A stretch of DNA of 64,000 nt, from assembly GCF_018977255.1 (NCBI RefSeq), contig NW_024704743.1:102488001-102552000 (forward strand), written 5' to 3'. This DNA comes from Callorhinchus milii. Lineage: Eukaryota. Position 1 is the first letter of the stretch. Each line of letters begins with the position of its first letter. The notes below the pieces were generated by a model that searched no databases, was not told where the DNA came from, and saw only the letters and a list, made by a program, of their open reading frames with translations. A program made the position numbers and the translations under genes. This document shows, piece after piece, positions 38,343 through 49,712 of the stretch.

Positions 38343-38590
38343 TGCACTTACCGATTACATTGAATCATGGTAAACGTAGTCTTGATCAGTTGACACATGC
38401 ACAGAAAAAGTTAATTTCCCGCGATTCAATGTAATTCAAATGTTTGTCGGTAAGTGCATATGTGGCGCCGGGTCAAGAGCACATTTCAATCGCAGGAAAT
38501 GTAGTCTTGACCTGTGCACTTTCCGGTTGCAGTGATGAAGTACCGCATGTGCACTTACCGGCTCCATTCAATTATGCATGCGCAGTGTAG
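38343..38590. promoter_or_regulatory. Multi-palindrome cluster with ZNF143/SBS-like, ETS-like and NRF1-like motifs
   Basis: Three copies of an actacatttcc..gatt.aatg-like unit, three tgcacttaccg copies, ttccgg, gcatgcgca; locally CpG-rich. Confidence 0.45.
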
Positions 38591-39144
38591 ATTATTGATT
38601 AAATCAGATTTTATATGATTTATAATTTGTTTGCAACTCAGATTTTGCATAAGTCATATTAAATGTTATGGTCCCGACTAATACGACTTATGAGAGTTTT
38701 GCTGTATGAGTCTGTTGAGTGAAGTTGGCCACAAGAGGCAGTAGTTGTTGGGTGGTGGGGGAGGGGGGGTGTGTGTGTGGTGGTGTGTAGAAGGGGAAGA
38801 GCTGAAGAAGGTCGGGAAATCTTAGTTGAACTCTTGGACTGTGTTGAATTACTTGATCCAAAATGGGGGAGCAGAGGCAAAAGTGGGAAACCTGAATTGG
38901 TCTGCTTGCCCCCGAGCTGACTGAGAAAAAAAGGAAAGCTATAATCTATTTGGTTTCATGATATCGATTGCAGTCCAGTGACTGCTCCTGGTAGTGCACA
39001 CAGAATTACAACAAATTGTACTGTGAAGCCACCAGTGATTGAATAGACCACTCACGCTCATTGGTGAGATTCATATAAATTAAAAGATTGCTTGGTACAT
39101 TCACAGCAACACCACATAATCTTCCACATCAAGTTTCACCTATT

Positions 39145-39562
39145 AATACATGATCCTTGCATCTAATATAACTTTTAAACACATTGAGCGCAACATCTCA
39201 AACTTTTCAGATATACTGTAAAATGTAATCTCTGTAGATTTATTGACTAATGTAGCAACCAATCTGTACACAATAATGTCCCACAAATAGCCATCATATG
39301 AATGACCAATTTTATTTGGTGGAATTGTTGGCCACAGCCACAGAAGAAAATCCCTTCTGTTTTTGACTAGCGCCATCCACCTGAAAAGGCAGATGGGTCT
39401 CAGTTTAAAGTCTTGTTCCAAAGGACGGCATCTCTAACTATGGAGTATTCCCCCAGCCTTGCACAGGTTCGTCATCTTAGACTGTGAGCTCAATGTCCCG
39501 ATATGCAGCTTGAACCTTCTGTCTCAGATGTGAGAGTGCTCCCAATTGAGTCAGGCTGACAC
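39145..39562 (-). mobile_element. DeuSINE
   Basis: tccacctgaaaaggcagatgggtctcagtttaa Deu domain plus tail and head on minus. Confidence 0.75.
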
Positions 39563-39699
39563 TTAAGATTTTTGTGTATTCATCTCAGGATATGGTGACT
39601 ATTGGCAGGTATTACATTTATTGCTTGATCCTGGTTGCCATGATAAATTATCATGTGGAGAAGGGCTTCTCTGTAAATCGCTGCAGCTGTTGTATTTTC

Positions 39700-40040
39700 C
39701 ACAGAATGCTGTGTTTGGGGTCCTGCATTGTCAGAGATGCCATGCTTCAGATGAGACATTAAACCAAGATCCCATCTGCCTTTCCAGGTGGATGGTGAGG
39801 ATCCCATGACACTATTCAAAAAGAGAAGAGAGTTTCTCCCAGAGTCCTGGATAGCAATCCACCAAATAAAATTAGTTGACTTACTCCATTGTGGAACATG
39901 GCCGTGTGCAAGTTGGCTGCCATATTCACCCACTCCACTCACTCCTCGTTATAGTATGTTCTGTGAAGCACTTTGAGGTTCCTTGATGACATGATAAGGC
40001 ACAATACAAAATGCAATGATGATTATTATATATTATTATT
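39700..40040 (+). mobile_element. DeuSINE
   Basis: gatgagacattaaaccaagatcccatctgcctttccaggtggatggtgaggatcccatgacactattc. Confidence 0.8.
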
Positions 40041-40536
40041 AATTCTTTGTGTGCTTGAAGGCTTCATCAATCCATAATTTAGTTCTGAGAACTTTCTCAT
40101 CTCTGGGTTCACACTGTTAGCTCACACATCGAACAGAAAATGATTGAGGTGGCACAAGAATTATATGAATTATGTTCTGCAAATATTTTGTTGTTGAGAT
40201 AAATTTGGCTTTCTATACTTTTGATCTAACCAAATAGCTTGTTAAAAGGAATAGTTTCTGTCTGTCTTCACTTATGATTAATTTACATCAAAGCTTGCCA
40301 ATGACTTGTGCTGGCACCTGACTTGTTTGATCTTGACTGTAAGCACCCTAGAGGGAAACTGTTTGTTGTTCCTGTCTGTCGAAGTCTCTATTATTCAAGA
40401 CAGTATATTAAGTAAAAATGTAACATTGTATCACGTTTTACAAAACAAAAAATGTCTTCAGCTTCATGCACCTGACAAGAGCATTTCAGTAAGATTTGAA
40501 ACATATCATATGTTTAACCCTGGCGTAATTACGTTG

Positions 40537-40550
40537 GTTGCCATGGATAC
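40537..40550. promoter_or_regulatory. RFX X-box
   Basis: GTTGCCATGGATAC fits the X-box consensus GTNRCC(N0-3)RGYAAC with a variant right half. Confidence 0.45.
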
Positions 40551-40849
40551 TCTGTGAAAAAAACAAGGTCAACCTGAAAGCACATCTGGGTGCATTGTGT
40601 TTAGCTCATTTGTATCAGTGACAATTCTGTTGTGTTCATGTTTTGACACATTATATATGAATTAGCAAATCTGATTTAAAACATCAATAGCTGTCCCAAT
40701 TTTCTTGCATAAGAAACAATGACATAAAATGATATATCATAGGTTCCGATCTTGATATGTTCCATTTCACAGTGGTTTCCATATGACATAAAAGTCTATT
40801 CCTAGACTCACCACTAGAAATCTCATTTGTACTCATATAATGCATTTCA

Positions 40850-41000
40850 TGTATGTATGAGGAAGCTAGATGTGCACATGATAGAGAAGGGAATAGAAGA
40901 ATATGGGAGGGAGTACACAGTGGGTGGAGACTCATGAGGAATATAAATACTGGCATGAACTGGTTGTTTCCGTCCATAAATGTCAATCTATGTAAATTAT
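40850..41000 (+). mobile_element. CR1 3' tail
   Basis: gaggaagctagatg...gggtggagactcatgaggaatataaatactggcatg. Confidence 0.6.
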
Positions 41001-41089
41001 ATAACCATTATAAGTTGTTATTTTTGATTGTGGTGGAGATATCTACAGTTATTTAAATATCAGATGAGACACGCATTCAGTAGATAGTA

Positions 41090-41268
41090 TAGTAATAATA
41101 ATAATAATCATTGCATTTGATATAGTGCCTTATCATGTCTTCGAGACGTCTCAAAGCATTTCACAAATTATACTGCAAAGTGAAATTGACTGTTTTGTGG
41201 ACAAAACGCGTAGCACAAATGCACACAGCAGTGTCCCACAAACAGTCGTTAATTGAGTGACCAATTTT
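41090..41268 (-). mobile_element. SINE 3' half
   Basis: Matches the 29020-29175 tail. Confidence 0.8.
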
Positions 41269-42059
41269 TCAAAATAATATTATTTAATCAAAAAATGTTT
41301 TTAGTATTCTTGCCTCTGAGTCAGAAGGTTGCTGGTTGAAGCTCTACAATGGGATTTAAGATTGTCAACTCTACTGATTCTGTTCCGTGTACTAGGAGAT
41401 GCTGTTCTTTGCAGAAATATTAAACTGAACAGATCTTTGAGTGACCGAATAAAATCTATTTGACGTGTTACATGGATCCAGTCACACAGCAAAGAATCGG
41501 AAGTGACCACATTTTAGAAAGTCATAGTCTGCAATGCACCATAGAGAATTAGATTTCTGTCGTTTTAAAGGATATGCTGAACCTAACCAGATTATTTTAC
41601 TAAATTAAATTTACACACTAGGAAAAACAGATTGCTGTATTTAATTAAAAGTAACATGAGCATCACTTAATAAAGTTACCTAATTGAAAACTGTGTTCAC
41701 TCTTATCAGTAGATGACCTTCTGTCTGCAAATGATCACTAAAGTAACTGAATTAACTGTCCCTTGATTTATTTAGTTTTGTGACAATTGTCTTGGCAACT
41801 TCACCTCAGTTTTAATGTGTCTCAGGAGACTTCTTTATTCTCCATCTGAACAGAATTCCACTTTCTGTATTCAACAACAACTTGTACTTATACAGCACTC
41901 TTCATGCTAGGTAGCATCCTGGAGCACTTGACAGTGGCGGAGTCATTCCACTTTGCATCATTGGTGCTTGGGAGGCACCTCTTTTTGACCCACCAGGTGA
42001 CATATATATGAGGCCTGAAGTTTCATCTTTTCTGAGCCCTGAAGAGCCTTTTGTCTTAA

Positions 42060-42728
42060 AATGTAACTTCGCATAGAATTAAGGAAAATTGTTAGATCCA
42101 GTCTTAATTTAAATCAGGTTTTCTGTCAGTTTCTTTTAAGAACTATGGAGAATCAACTCCAAAATTAAGACTAAATTCAACAATTTGCCAAAGTCTGCGC
42201 ATTCCAAAGATAGAGTTCAGTGACACTTCAGCTACTGAGCCAGTCCGGAACTTTGGCATTTTGTTTGACCCTCAACTATCCTTTCGACTCTACATCCATG
42301 TCATGACACACTCTGCTATCTCCCACCTCTGAAACCCTCCTACAAGCATTCATAACATTCAGGCTGGACTATGCAAACTCCCTGCTTGGCGGCCTCCCCA
42401 ACACCTCCCTCCATAAGCTGCAGCTCATCCAGAACATTGGTGGATGGGCCTTCAGCCACTCTGCCCCAGCCTCTGGAACTCCATCCCACAGTCCTTCTGC
42501 CTCGCCCCTTCCCTTGCCTCCTTCAAGACCAGTCTCAAGACCTTCCTCCTCGACCGCGCCTTCGATCACCCTCCTTCACCACTGCCCTGCACCCTCTCTG
42601 ATCCCAACCCCCAGCTCTGGTCCAAAAAACTAAGTGTACAGTGCTTTGAGACATCCTCCCAATGTTAAAGGTGCTACAAATATAATTGGTTGTTGTTGTT
42701 CATTTGGACCCAGGTGGAATTTCTGCCC
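42060..42728. mobile_element. MITE copy split by an L2 insertion
   Basis: Internal MITE sequence 42060-42219; TIR end tttggacccaggtggaatttctgccc at 42703-42728. Confidence 0.6.
42220..42700 (+). mobile_element. L2 3' fragment with internal deletions
   Basis: [56 protein letters not shown]; flanked by gttca at 42215 and 42698. Confidence 0.85.
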
Positions 42729-43154
42729 AAGTGTATTTTTGCAACCACAAGTTATTTCATTTAGCTGTAAGCTTGTTCTTGGTGTTGAAATACTATTTTG
42801 CATTTCTCTTACATAACACACTCTTTGTGCCATTTACATTACTTGATGCCAAAATTGCTTACCTTTAACGTGAACAAAAAATTTCAAATCAGTGGTAGAT
42901 TTTTTGATCGAATTTCACTGAATTTATCCATATATTTTAGCGTCAATTTTTTCAAAATTACTTTCTTCCTTTTCAAACATGAAAAATAGACCTCGATTCC
43001 TGGCCACACCCCATTAAAAGAAACACATTTTATTTTTAAAATTAAAAAAAAATTTAATGATTCATAATAAGCATCACTAATTATTCGATGAATTCAAAGT
43101 TTGCCTAAATTTAATTTAATACCACCCCCTAAATTATTAGTCGGACTCATTTTT

Positions 43155-43375
43155 TTTTAGTCTGACAGTTTACAACAACAATTTACATTTGTGTAGCATG
43201 TTTCACATCAGGAAGACATCTCAAAGCACTTGACACAGCTAATTTATGGGGAGGGGATGAAGCTAACTTAAAGTGATGTTGAAAAGATAGGTGTTAATGC
43301 AAGCTTTAAACGTGGGGAAGGAGGGTGTGAAGCAGAGGGAATTTGGGATGAAGTTTCAATGAGGAGGGGCAGAAC
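43155..43375 (-). mobile_element. L2 3' tail, old
   Basis: caacaacaatttacatttgtgtagc...catctcaaagcac. Confidence 0.55.
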
Positions 43376-43684
43376 GCCCCTCTAAACATTACCAAATCTG
43401 CCTTTTCATAAAGTTTCTAAACTTCCAATGGGGCTGTCTGACAAGCAATGTCAATGTGTTATGTTCTTCTGAAATCAGACTATTTCTATGGAGAAATAAC
43501 AATTCATAACCCATTGACAGATATAAACATTCCCAAGGAATTAAACAAAACGATTGAATCAAAACACAATTTGGCAACAAGGCATTTGTTGATGAACTTC
43601 CAAATAAATGTGCATTTAAAGTTTTTTGTGTGGAAACAAGATTCAAACAGTGATAAAGTACAACAATAACTTTTATAAAGGAGT

Positions 43685-44092
43685 TTACCTGGCTCAGTTG
43701 TAGCACTCTCTCCTGTAAGTCAGAAGATTGTGGATTCGAGGACTTTTAACTCTTTTAGCAGATGCTCTAATACAGCTCTTGGAGCTAGCTGCCATATTGG
43801 AGATGCCGTCCCGACATTAAACCAATGTCCTGTCTGCCTTTTCAGGTGGACGTTAAAGATCCCATAGTCCTATTTCAAAACAGAAGGGAGGTTCTCCCGC
43901 CGTCCTGGCAACAATCCTAGATGATATTGTTCATTAATTTTAATGGCTGTTTGTGAGACATTGCTGCAAACTGGCTGCAGCATTCACCTACATGTCACTA
44001 CACTTTGCAATATATCCTGTGAAGTACTTTGAAATATCCTCCCGACATGCAAGCCACTATATAAACCGTAAGGAATATTATTGTTATTATTA
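43685..44092 (+). mobile_element. DeuSINE, near full length
   Basis: tggctcagttgtagcactc head; tcctgtctgccttttcaggtggacgttaaagatcccat Deu domain; tail. Confidence 0.85.
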
Positions 44093-44679
44093 TATAGTGC
44101 GGTATATAGATAGCGAGGGGTGAAACAGAAGGGAGTTCAGGAGGTTAAGGATTAAGTACTATACGTAACAACGCAATGCACAGATCTAGAATTCTGAAGA
44201 AGCTGGTCAGTTGCTCTCATACTAATCAGCAAGGAACTGCTTTGAGTTTTAATCAGTTCAGCTCTGCAGTTCATGTATCCTAATTTTATTCTTCAATTCA
44301 TATTTAATGTAATGGATGTTTGTAGAGATTTCAGAGTTTTGCTATTGTGGCTGACCCACCAACCACTTCCCCCATTTATCATCTCTAAGTGCCCTAGGAT
44401 TTTTTTTCAGTCTTTAACTACAAAATATACCTGATAGATGAATACAGATCATGTGTTTTGCTATTCTTTTCTCAAATTGAATTCATCTTGAATTTCATTT
44501 GTTAATATAACATATTTGTTGCTGTTAGCTTGTAAATATTAATCGTCCTGTTGTATATACACAGATCTAATGTTACCTAAAATTGAATTATTGTTATTTA
44601 TTAGCATAGGATGATAAATTTGCTAAACATATTGAAGGGAACAGAAATAAATCCATAAATTGTTTTGCCGAGTAATAGA

Positions 44680-44878
44680 TCTCAAAGAGAGTTTGGGAGG
44701 AACTTCTTTATGCAGAGGGTGGTTATAATGTGAAAATCACTGTCAGAAGCTGTAGTTGAAGCCACCAGTATCAACAAGAGGAATCTTGATGCATACATGA
44801 GAGAGAAGAAAATTGAGAGGTACAGTAGGGGATTAGAAGGGATGGAGGTTCAAGTAGAGTATAAACACTGGCATAAAC
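44680..44878 (+). mobile_element. CR1 3' fragment
   Basis: aggaacttctttatgcagagggtggtt (RNFFMQRVV). Confidence 0.7.
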
Positions 44879-44907
44879 GTTATTTATATCTGTTTATGTT
44901 CATCCTG

Positions 44908-45030
44908 AATGTTGCCGCGTTCGCACACAAATATACAGTCAATTCACTTTACAGTATATTCTGTGAAGCGCTTTGGGACGTCTAGAAGACGTGAAAAGCG
45001 CTATATCAAATGCAAGATTATTATTATTGT
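44908..45030 (+). mobile_element. Young SINE 3' tail
   Basis: gtgaagcgctttgggacgtctagaagacgtgaaaagcgctatatcaaatgcaag. Confidence 0.85.
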
Positions 45031-45229
45031 AGTATTATCCTTTGCGACTGGAGTGTTTCTGTGCAATAACAATTTTAATAATTATGTTTACATAATTCTG
45101 TTGTGATTCACATACTATTAGAATGGCCTGGAAACTCAATAGAATGAAAATGACTCTTAATGATTTGTTTCAAATAATCAATAGGAAATGATTAGAACCA
45201 ATGTACTCTGAAGTCCATTGATTTGTTGA

Positions 45230-45735
45230 TACATGACAGATGGAAATCAATGTGGGGAAGTGTAAGTTCATCCACTATGGATCCAAAAATACCAAACAGA
45301 ATATTTTTTAAATTGTGAGAAACTAAGAACTGTGGTTGTCCACGTACACAAATCACTAAAAAGAACTCACAGGTACAAAAAGTTATTAATAAGGCTAATG
45401 GGATGTTGGCTTTTATCTCAAGGGGGTGGACTATACAGGAGAGGAAATGATGCCTCAACTATATAGAGCCTTGGACAGACTCCATCTGGAGTACTGCTTT
45501 CAGTTTTGGGCACCGCACCTCAGGAAGAATATACTAGCTCTGGAGGGAGTGCAACGCGGATTCACCAGAATGATACCAGGGCTAAAAGGGTTAAATTATG
45601 AGGACAGGTTGCAGAAACTTGGTCTCTATTGAGGTTTTTAAAATAATAAAGCGATTCAATAGGGTAGATACAGACAGACTAGTTCCTCTGGTAGGGGAAT
45701 CCAGAACAAGGGGGGCAGAATCTTAAAATTAGGAG
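45230..45735 (+). mobile_element. CR1 ORF2 fragment
   Basis: LYRALDRLHLEYCFQFWAPHLRKNILALEGVQRGFTRMIPGLKGLNYEDRLQKLGLY. Confidence 0.9.
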
Positions 45736-45940
45736 TGAAATTTACAGACAAAAAGTCCTCACTTTAATATTAACACCTTAATAGGGAAACCTAACATCAG
45801 CAATTGTTTTGAAACCCCACAAATTTTACCCCTTTAATTCATTTAGCCAAAAGATTGGACCATATATATGTTTTGTATAGATGCTAATTTGTTATATATT
45901 TTTCACACATAACATATTCTTTCATTTCAAGTCAATTTTA

Positions 45941-46175
45941 GGAGTAAAATTCTACCTGGGTCTAAATTTACTCTATTACTGTAGATTTTCCCAGGATTAT
46001 TTCACAGCATATAAGATTTTATAAATTCTTAAATGCTGCCGGATTTCTGTAGTTCTTAAACAAACTTACAGAAAACTGCCTTGAAAGTTGACTAAATTTT
46101 ACAATTTGCCAAATTCTGAATGCTCTGAAATGCTATATTAATAGAGTAATGCATACCCAGGTGGAATCGTACCCC
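45941..46175. mobile_element. MITE, complete, ~45-bp TIRs
   Basis: Left ggagtaaaattctacctgggtctaaatttactctattact; reverse complement of right ggggtacgattccacctgggtatgcattactctattaat. Confidence 0.8.
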
Positions 46176-46656
46176 ACATATTTTCTACATTGCTTTGCAA
46201 TATTTATTTTACATGAATGCTCCATATAAATTCAAGTAATTGTTATATAATTTCAGCCTAATCTCTTCAGGCCACAGTTGTTTTATTGCAGAAATAAAGC
46301 TAAGGGAAAGTGTCAGAATTGAAATTGAGGGAAAGTGACAGTTTACTTTCATTCATACAGCACTGTTTTAAATTAAAGCTGAATTCAATATTCCCCAAAT
46401 ATTAAATGTTTTTATCTTTTGGCAACTATAAAAGTTCCAGCAGAACTAAATATTAAGAACAGCACCAGGAGTTAGTTACAATTGATATTGTTCAATGTAT
46501 ATCACTTCAGAAAATAAACAAGCATTACATGTATTGTGGCTGGATCTGGGTGCAATTTGGTATTAAAGGAATTTTGTCCCATTTATTTGAGATATGGTTT
46601 AACAAAGCACCATAAATTAATATTGCATTCACATATGAGCAATAGAGTTATACAGA

Positions 46657-46908
46657 TGGAGTTCCGTAGCTCAGTGGTTAGAGTGCTCGCCTCGCAAGCG
46701 AGAGACCTGGGTTTGATTCCCAGGAGGGCGAAAAGTTGGGCAAGCTTCCTTACTCCACACCCCTCTGTTTATCTAATAGTAAGTAGGAACCTGATTGTTA
46801 GTCGATTGGCAGATCGCTTTTCCAGGGGTATTAATTCCTTAAAAAAATAATAATTGGTCACTCAATCCACGGCTGTTTGAGGGACACTGCTGTGTGTAAT
46901 TGGCTACA
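46657..46908 (+). mobile_element. tRNA-Ala-headed SINE, long variant, 3'-truncated
   Basis: tggagttccgtagctcagtggttagagtgctcgcctcgcaagcgagagacc head plus extra block. Confidence 0.85.
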
Positions 46909-48654
46909 GTCCTGAGAAAAGCAGGGTCCGAATCAATACTGAATATAAGACTTGCTTTCCAAAATTCTGTATCATCTTAAATGTTAAGACAATGGTCTTG
47001 ACACTTCAGGATGCTTAAACATTTTTGTTTTGGCCAGCCACGTGTCTGACACACACAGAATTCCATGCTCAAGAGTATCCAAACAAGACTGAGAATTCCA
47101 CTCAGCGAATTATTGTTTGAACTAGCTTGGTTAGGAATGATCTAGTTATTTTCTCTCCCTTGGCTGGCTAAATAACTCCTGAGAATTTAAGCAGGTAGGA
47201 CTAGCAGGGATACTTTTCATTGCTTCAAGGCATTCTTCGTACATTCAGATGAAAGATGGTAAGGTGTCATAATTACCTTATGTTCACAAAACACTTCATG
47301 CCATTAGATAAATAATGAGTTATTCTATTAATTTAAGGAAAGTAAGTTTTCAAACAAAACTCTGTGGGGTGCTAAGAAACAATCAGTGGCTTGCTCAGGA
47401 TATTGGGTTACCAGAGTATCAACTAACTGTATTTACGCTTAAGCCTGTGGAGTCCAATGATTAATTCACCAACAGAGTGCCAATCTCTCCCTCTTTTGTA
47501 AGTTAAAAGGAGAATAAACTCCCAGATGCTATGCTTACACAGCGTGCAGCTATGATAACACGCATTTGATTACAGTGCAAATTCTTCCTTCTCAGGACAT
47601 AACCCTTCATGCTTTACTCTAGATTGTTCCGCTGAGAGAAAGGGTAAGTTTATTAAAATACAGTCATAGATAAATAAGCAAACAACACCGAGATTGTTTG
47701 CTCCTAGAATCACAATATGGTGTCAATCTGGACGAGCAAATAATTTTATAGTACTCTGATAAATCTGGATTTTTGCATTGATCAAATTGCTGAAGCCAGA
47801 ATTAGAAAGGCACGATTCCCTATGGACGTACAGAGAGCACTAATGTATGTTATTCTTCATTGGTAGTGGGGATGGAAGGGAGAGCGGTGGTGGTGGTGGT
47901 GTGGTACATGCTAACTTACAATTCCACAAGAAATAAGATGCCACACAGTAGATGTTTTTTCAAATTGTTTAATGACGGTCTCAATCTAACGTGCACATGT
48001 TGGTTTTGTCTCCCAACACCTTCACCCGACCTCCATCTATATTCATGCTTTTATACTCTGTGAGTTCAATCCATCAGGTGATTAACACCGGATCTCACTA
48101 AGCCGAATAATTGATGCTTGATTTGAATAAACCTAACACTAGGAAGGAGTCAATTAGGCATTATAAAGTAGGAATTATGCGTGGGAGAGAATGACCAGGA
48201 AAGTCAATTTTCTGAGCAACTCACTCAGAAATCTGACCGAGAGGTCCAGAGAAAGTAGAATCAATTAAAACAAAACCCTAAGATACATTACTGATGCAAT
48301 TGGATATATTTATTTCTACCTTATTTATTACATTAACTGTATTTGAGTAGTACTCTTGAATCGTTTGCTCTCCGTGAATCTGGCGAGATGTACATTTGCT
48401 TAATTCCAGGAGAAGTCCGCAAAATTGCAAGTAATTCACGATTTCCATTGCATCACTTTGTAATTCCTGATCATTTATTTCTGCTCTTATCTGTAATTCC
48501 ATAATATGGGACCCAGTTAAAATTACTGTCTAATAAACTGTCTAATAAACTTGACAAACTGTCCTGTCTACTCTGTTCTGGAAGCAGACTGTTTAATGGT
48601 GTAGTAAATTTCCTGTGCTTTGGTGTAATATATTTCCAGTTACACTCCTTCTGA

Positions 48655-49060
48655 AAGAGTCCCTCTTTCCACCCTAATAACAACTTTTGTGGGTCGAAAG
48701 CCCCATTAGACATTGAGCTCATAGTCTAGGCTGACAGGGCAGTGCTGAGGGTATGCTGAGGTTGACGTCCTTCAGATGAGACATAAAATTGAGGTCCTAT
48801 TTGCCTGTTCAGGTGGACGTTAAAAATTCCATGGTACTCTTTGAATAGAAAAGGGAATTTCTCCTGGTCAACATTCCTCCAGAAAAACATTGGTCATTCA
48901 CTTCATGATGGTTTGTAGGACATTACTCTGTTTAAATTAGCTTCTCCTTTCTCCTCAAAATACACAGTCACTACAATAATTTACAATAAATCCTATGAGG
49001 AGCTTTGAGACATCCTCCAGATGTGAAAGGCACAACATCAAATTCGAGGAATATTATTAG
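48655..49060 (+). mobile_element. DeuSINE
   Basis: gaggtcctatttgcctgttcaggtggacgttaaaaattccatggtac. Confidence 0.8.
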
Positions 49061-49469
49061 TTCCTCGCTGAAGAAACATAATTTAAAAGGAAAATGTTCT
49101 CAGAATGAAGCTAAATTTTGGCCGTCAAAGCAAAACTGTCAGAGTCCCATGATATTTCAGATTTTTTTGTGCTTTATCAAAGACTCCTTGGTGCCAATTC
49201 TCATTGTGTGATGATCATGATAGAAGTCTTAGAAATGAACAGCTCACATTGCAAGGCATAATCCCTTGTTCAGGGGCAGTTACTTCTCTTGGGTCAGTCG
49301 ACACAAGGCATGTCAAGTTACAATCATATTTACGTCCTTTTAATAATGACACAACTGCAGGCTTGATTGACACTATAATAGTATCAGTTTTATTTAGGAG
49401 TTAAATTGCAAAGGACTGTTCAATGAAAGATACACTCACACATCAACCGAAAGATGAATGTCAACAAAT

Positions 49470-49712
49470 GAAAGCCTGCTTCATGTTCCCTGTCCTATCC
49501 ATCCCACCATTGGCAGTCATTCTGGCCTCGCTCTCTGGAACTCCAACACGTTAGCTCACTCATCTCGTTCAAGATCTGTCTCAACTTCTTTGACCGCACT
49601 TTGGTTCATCATTCCCATCTCCACCCCTTCAACTTCCACCAAAGCAGCAGAGTTAATCTCTTCAAGATATCTTCATGTGAAAGAAGCTATATACATGTAA
49701 ATTGTATTGAAT
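49470..49712 (+). mobile_element. Decayed L2 3' end
   Basis: cccaccattggc...ctctggaactcc...tttgaccgcac. Confidence 0.6.

Noticed and set aside
48526..48572. Short tandem actgtctaataa repeats
   Set aside because: Ordinary slippage duplication with no further structure.
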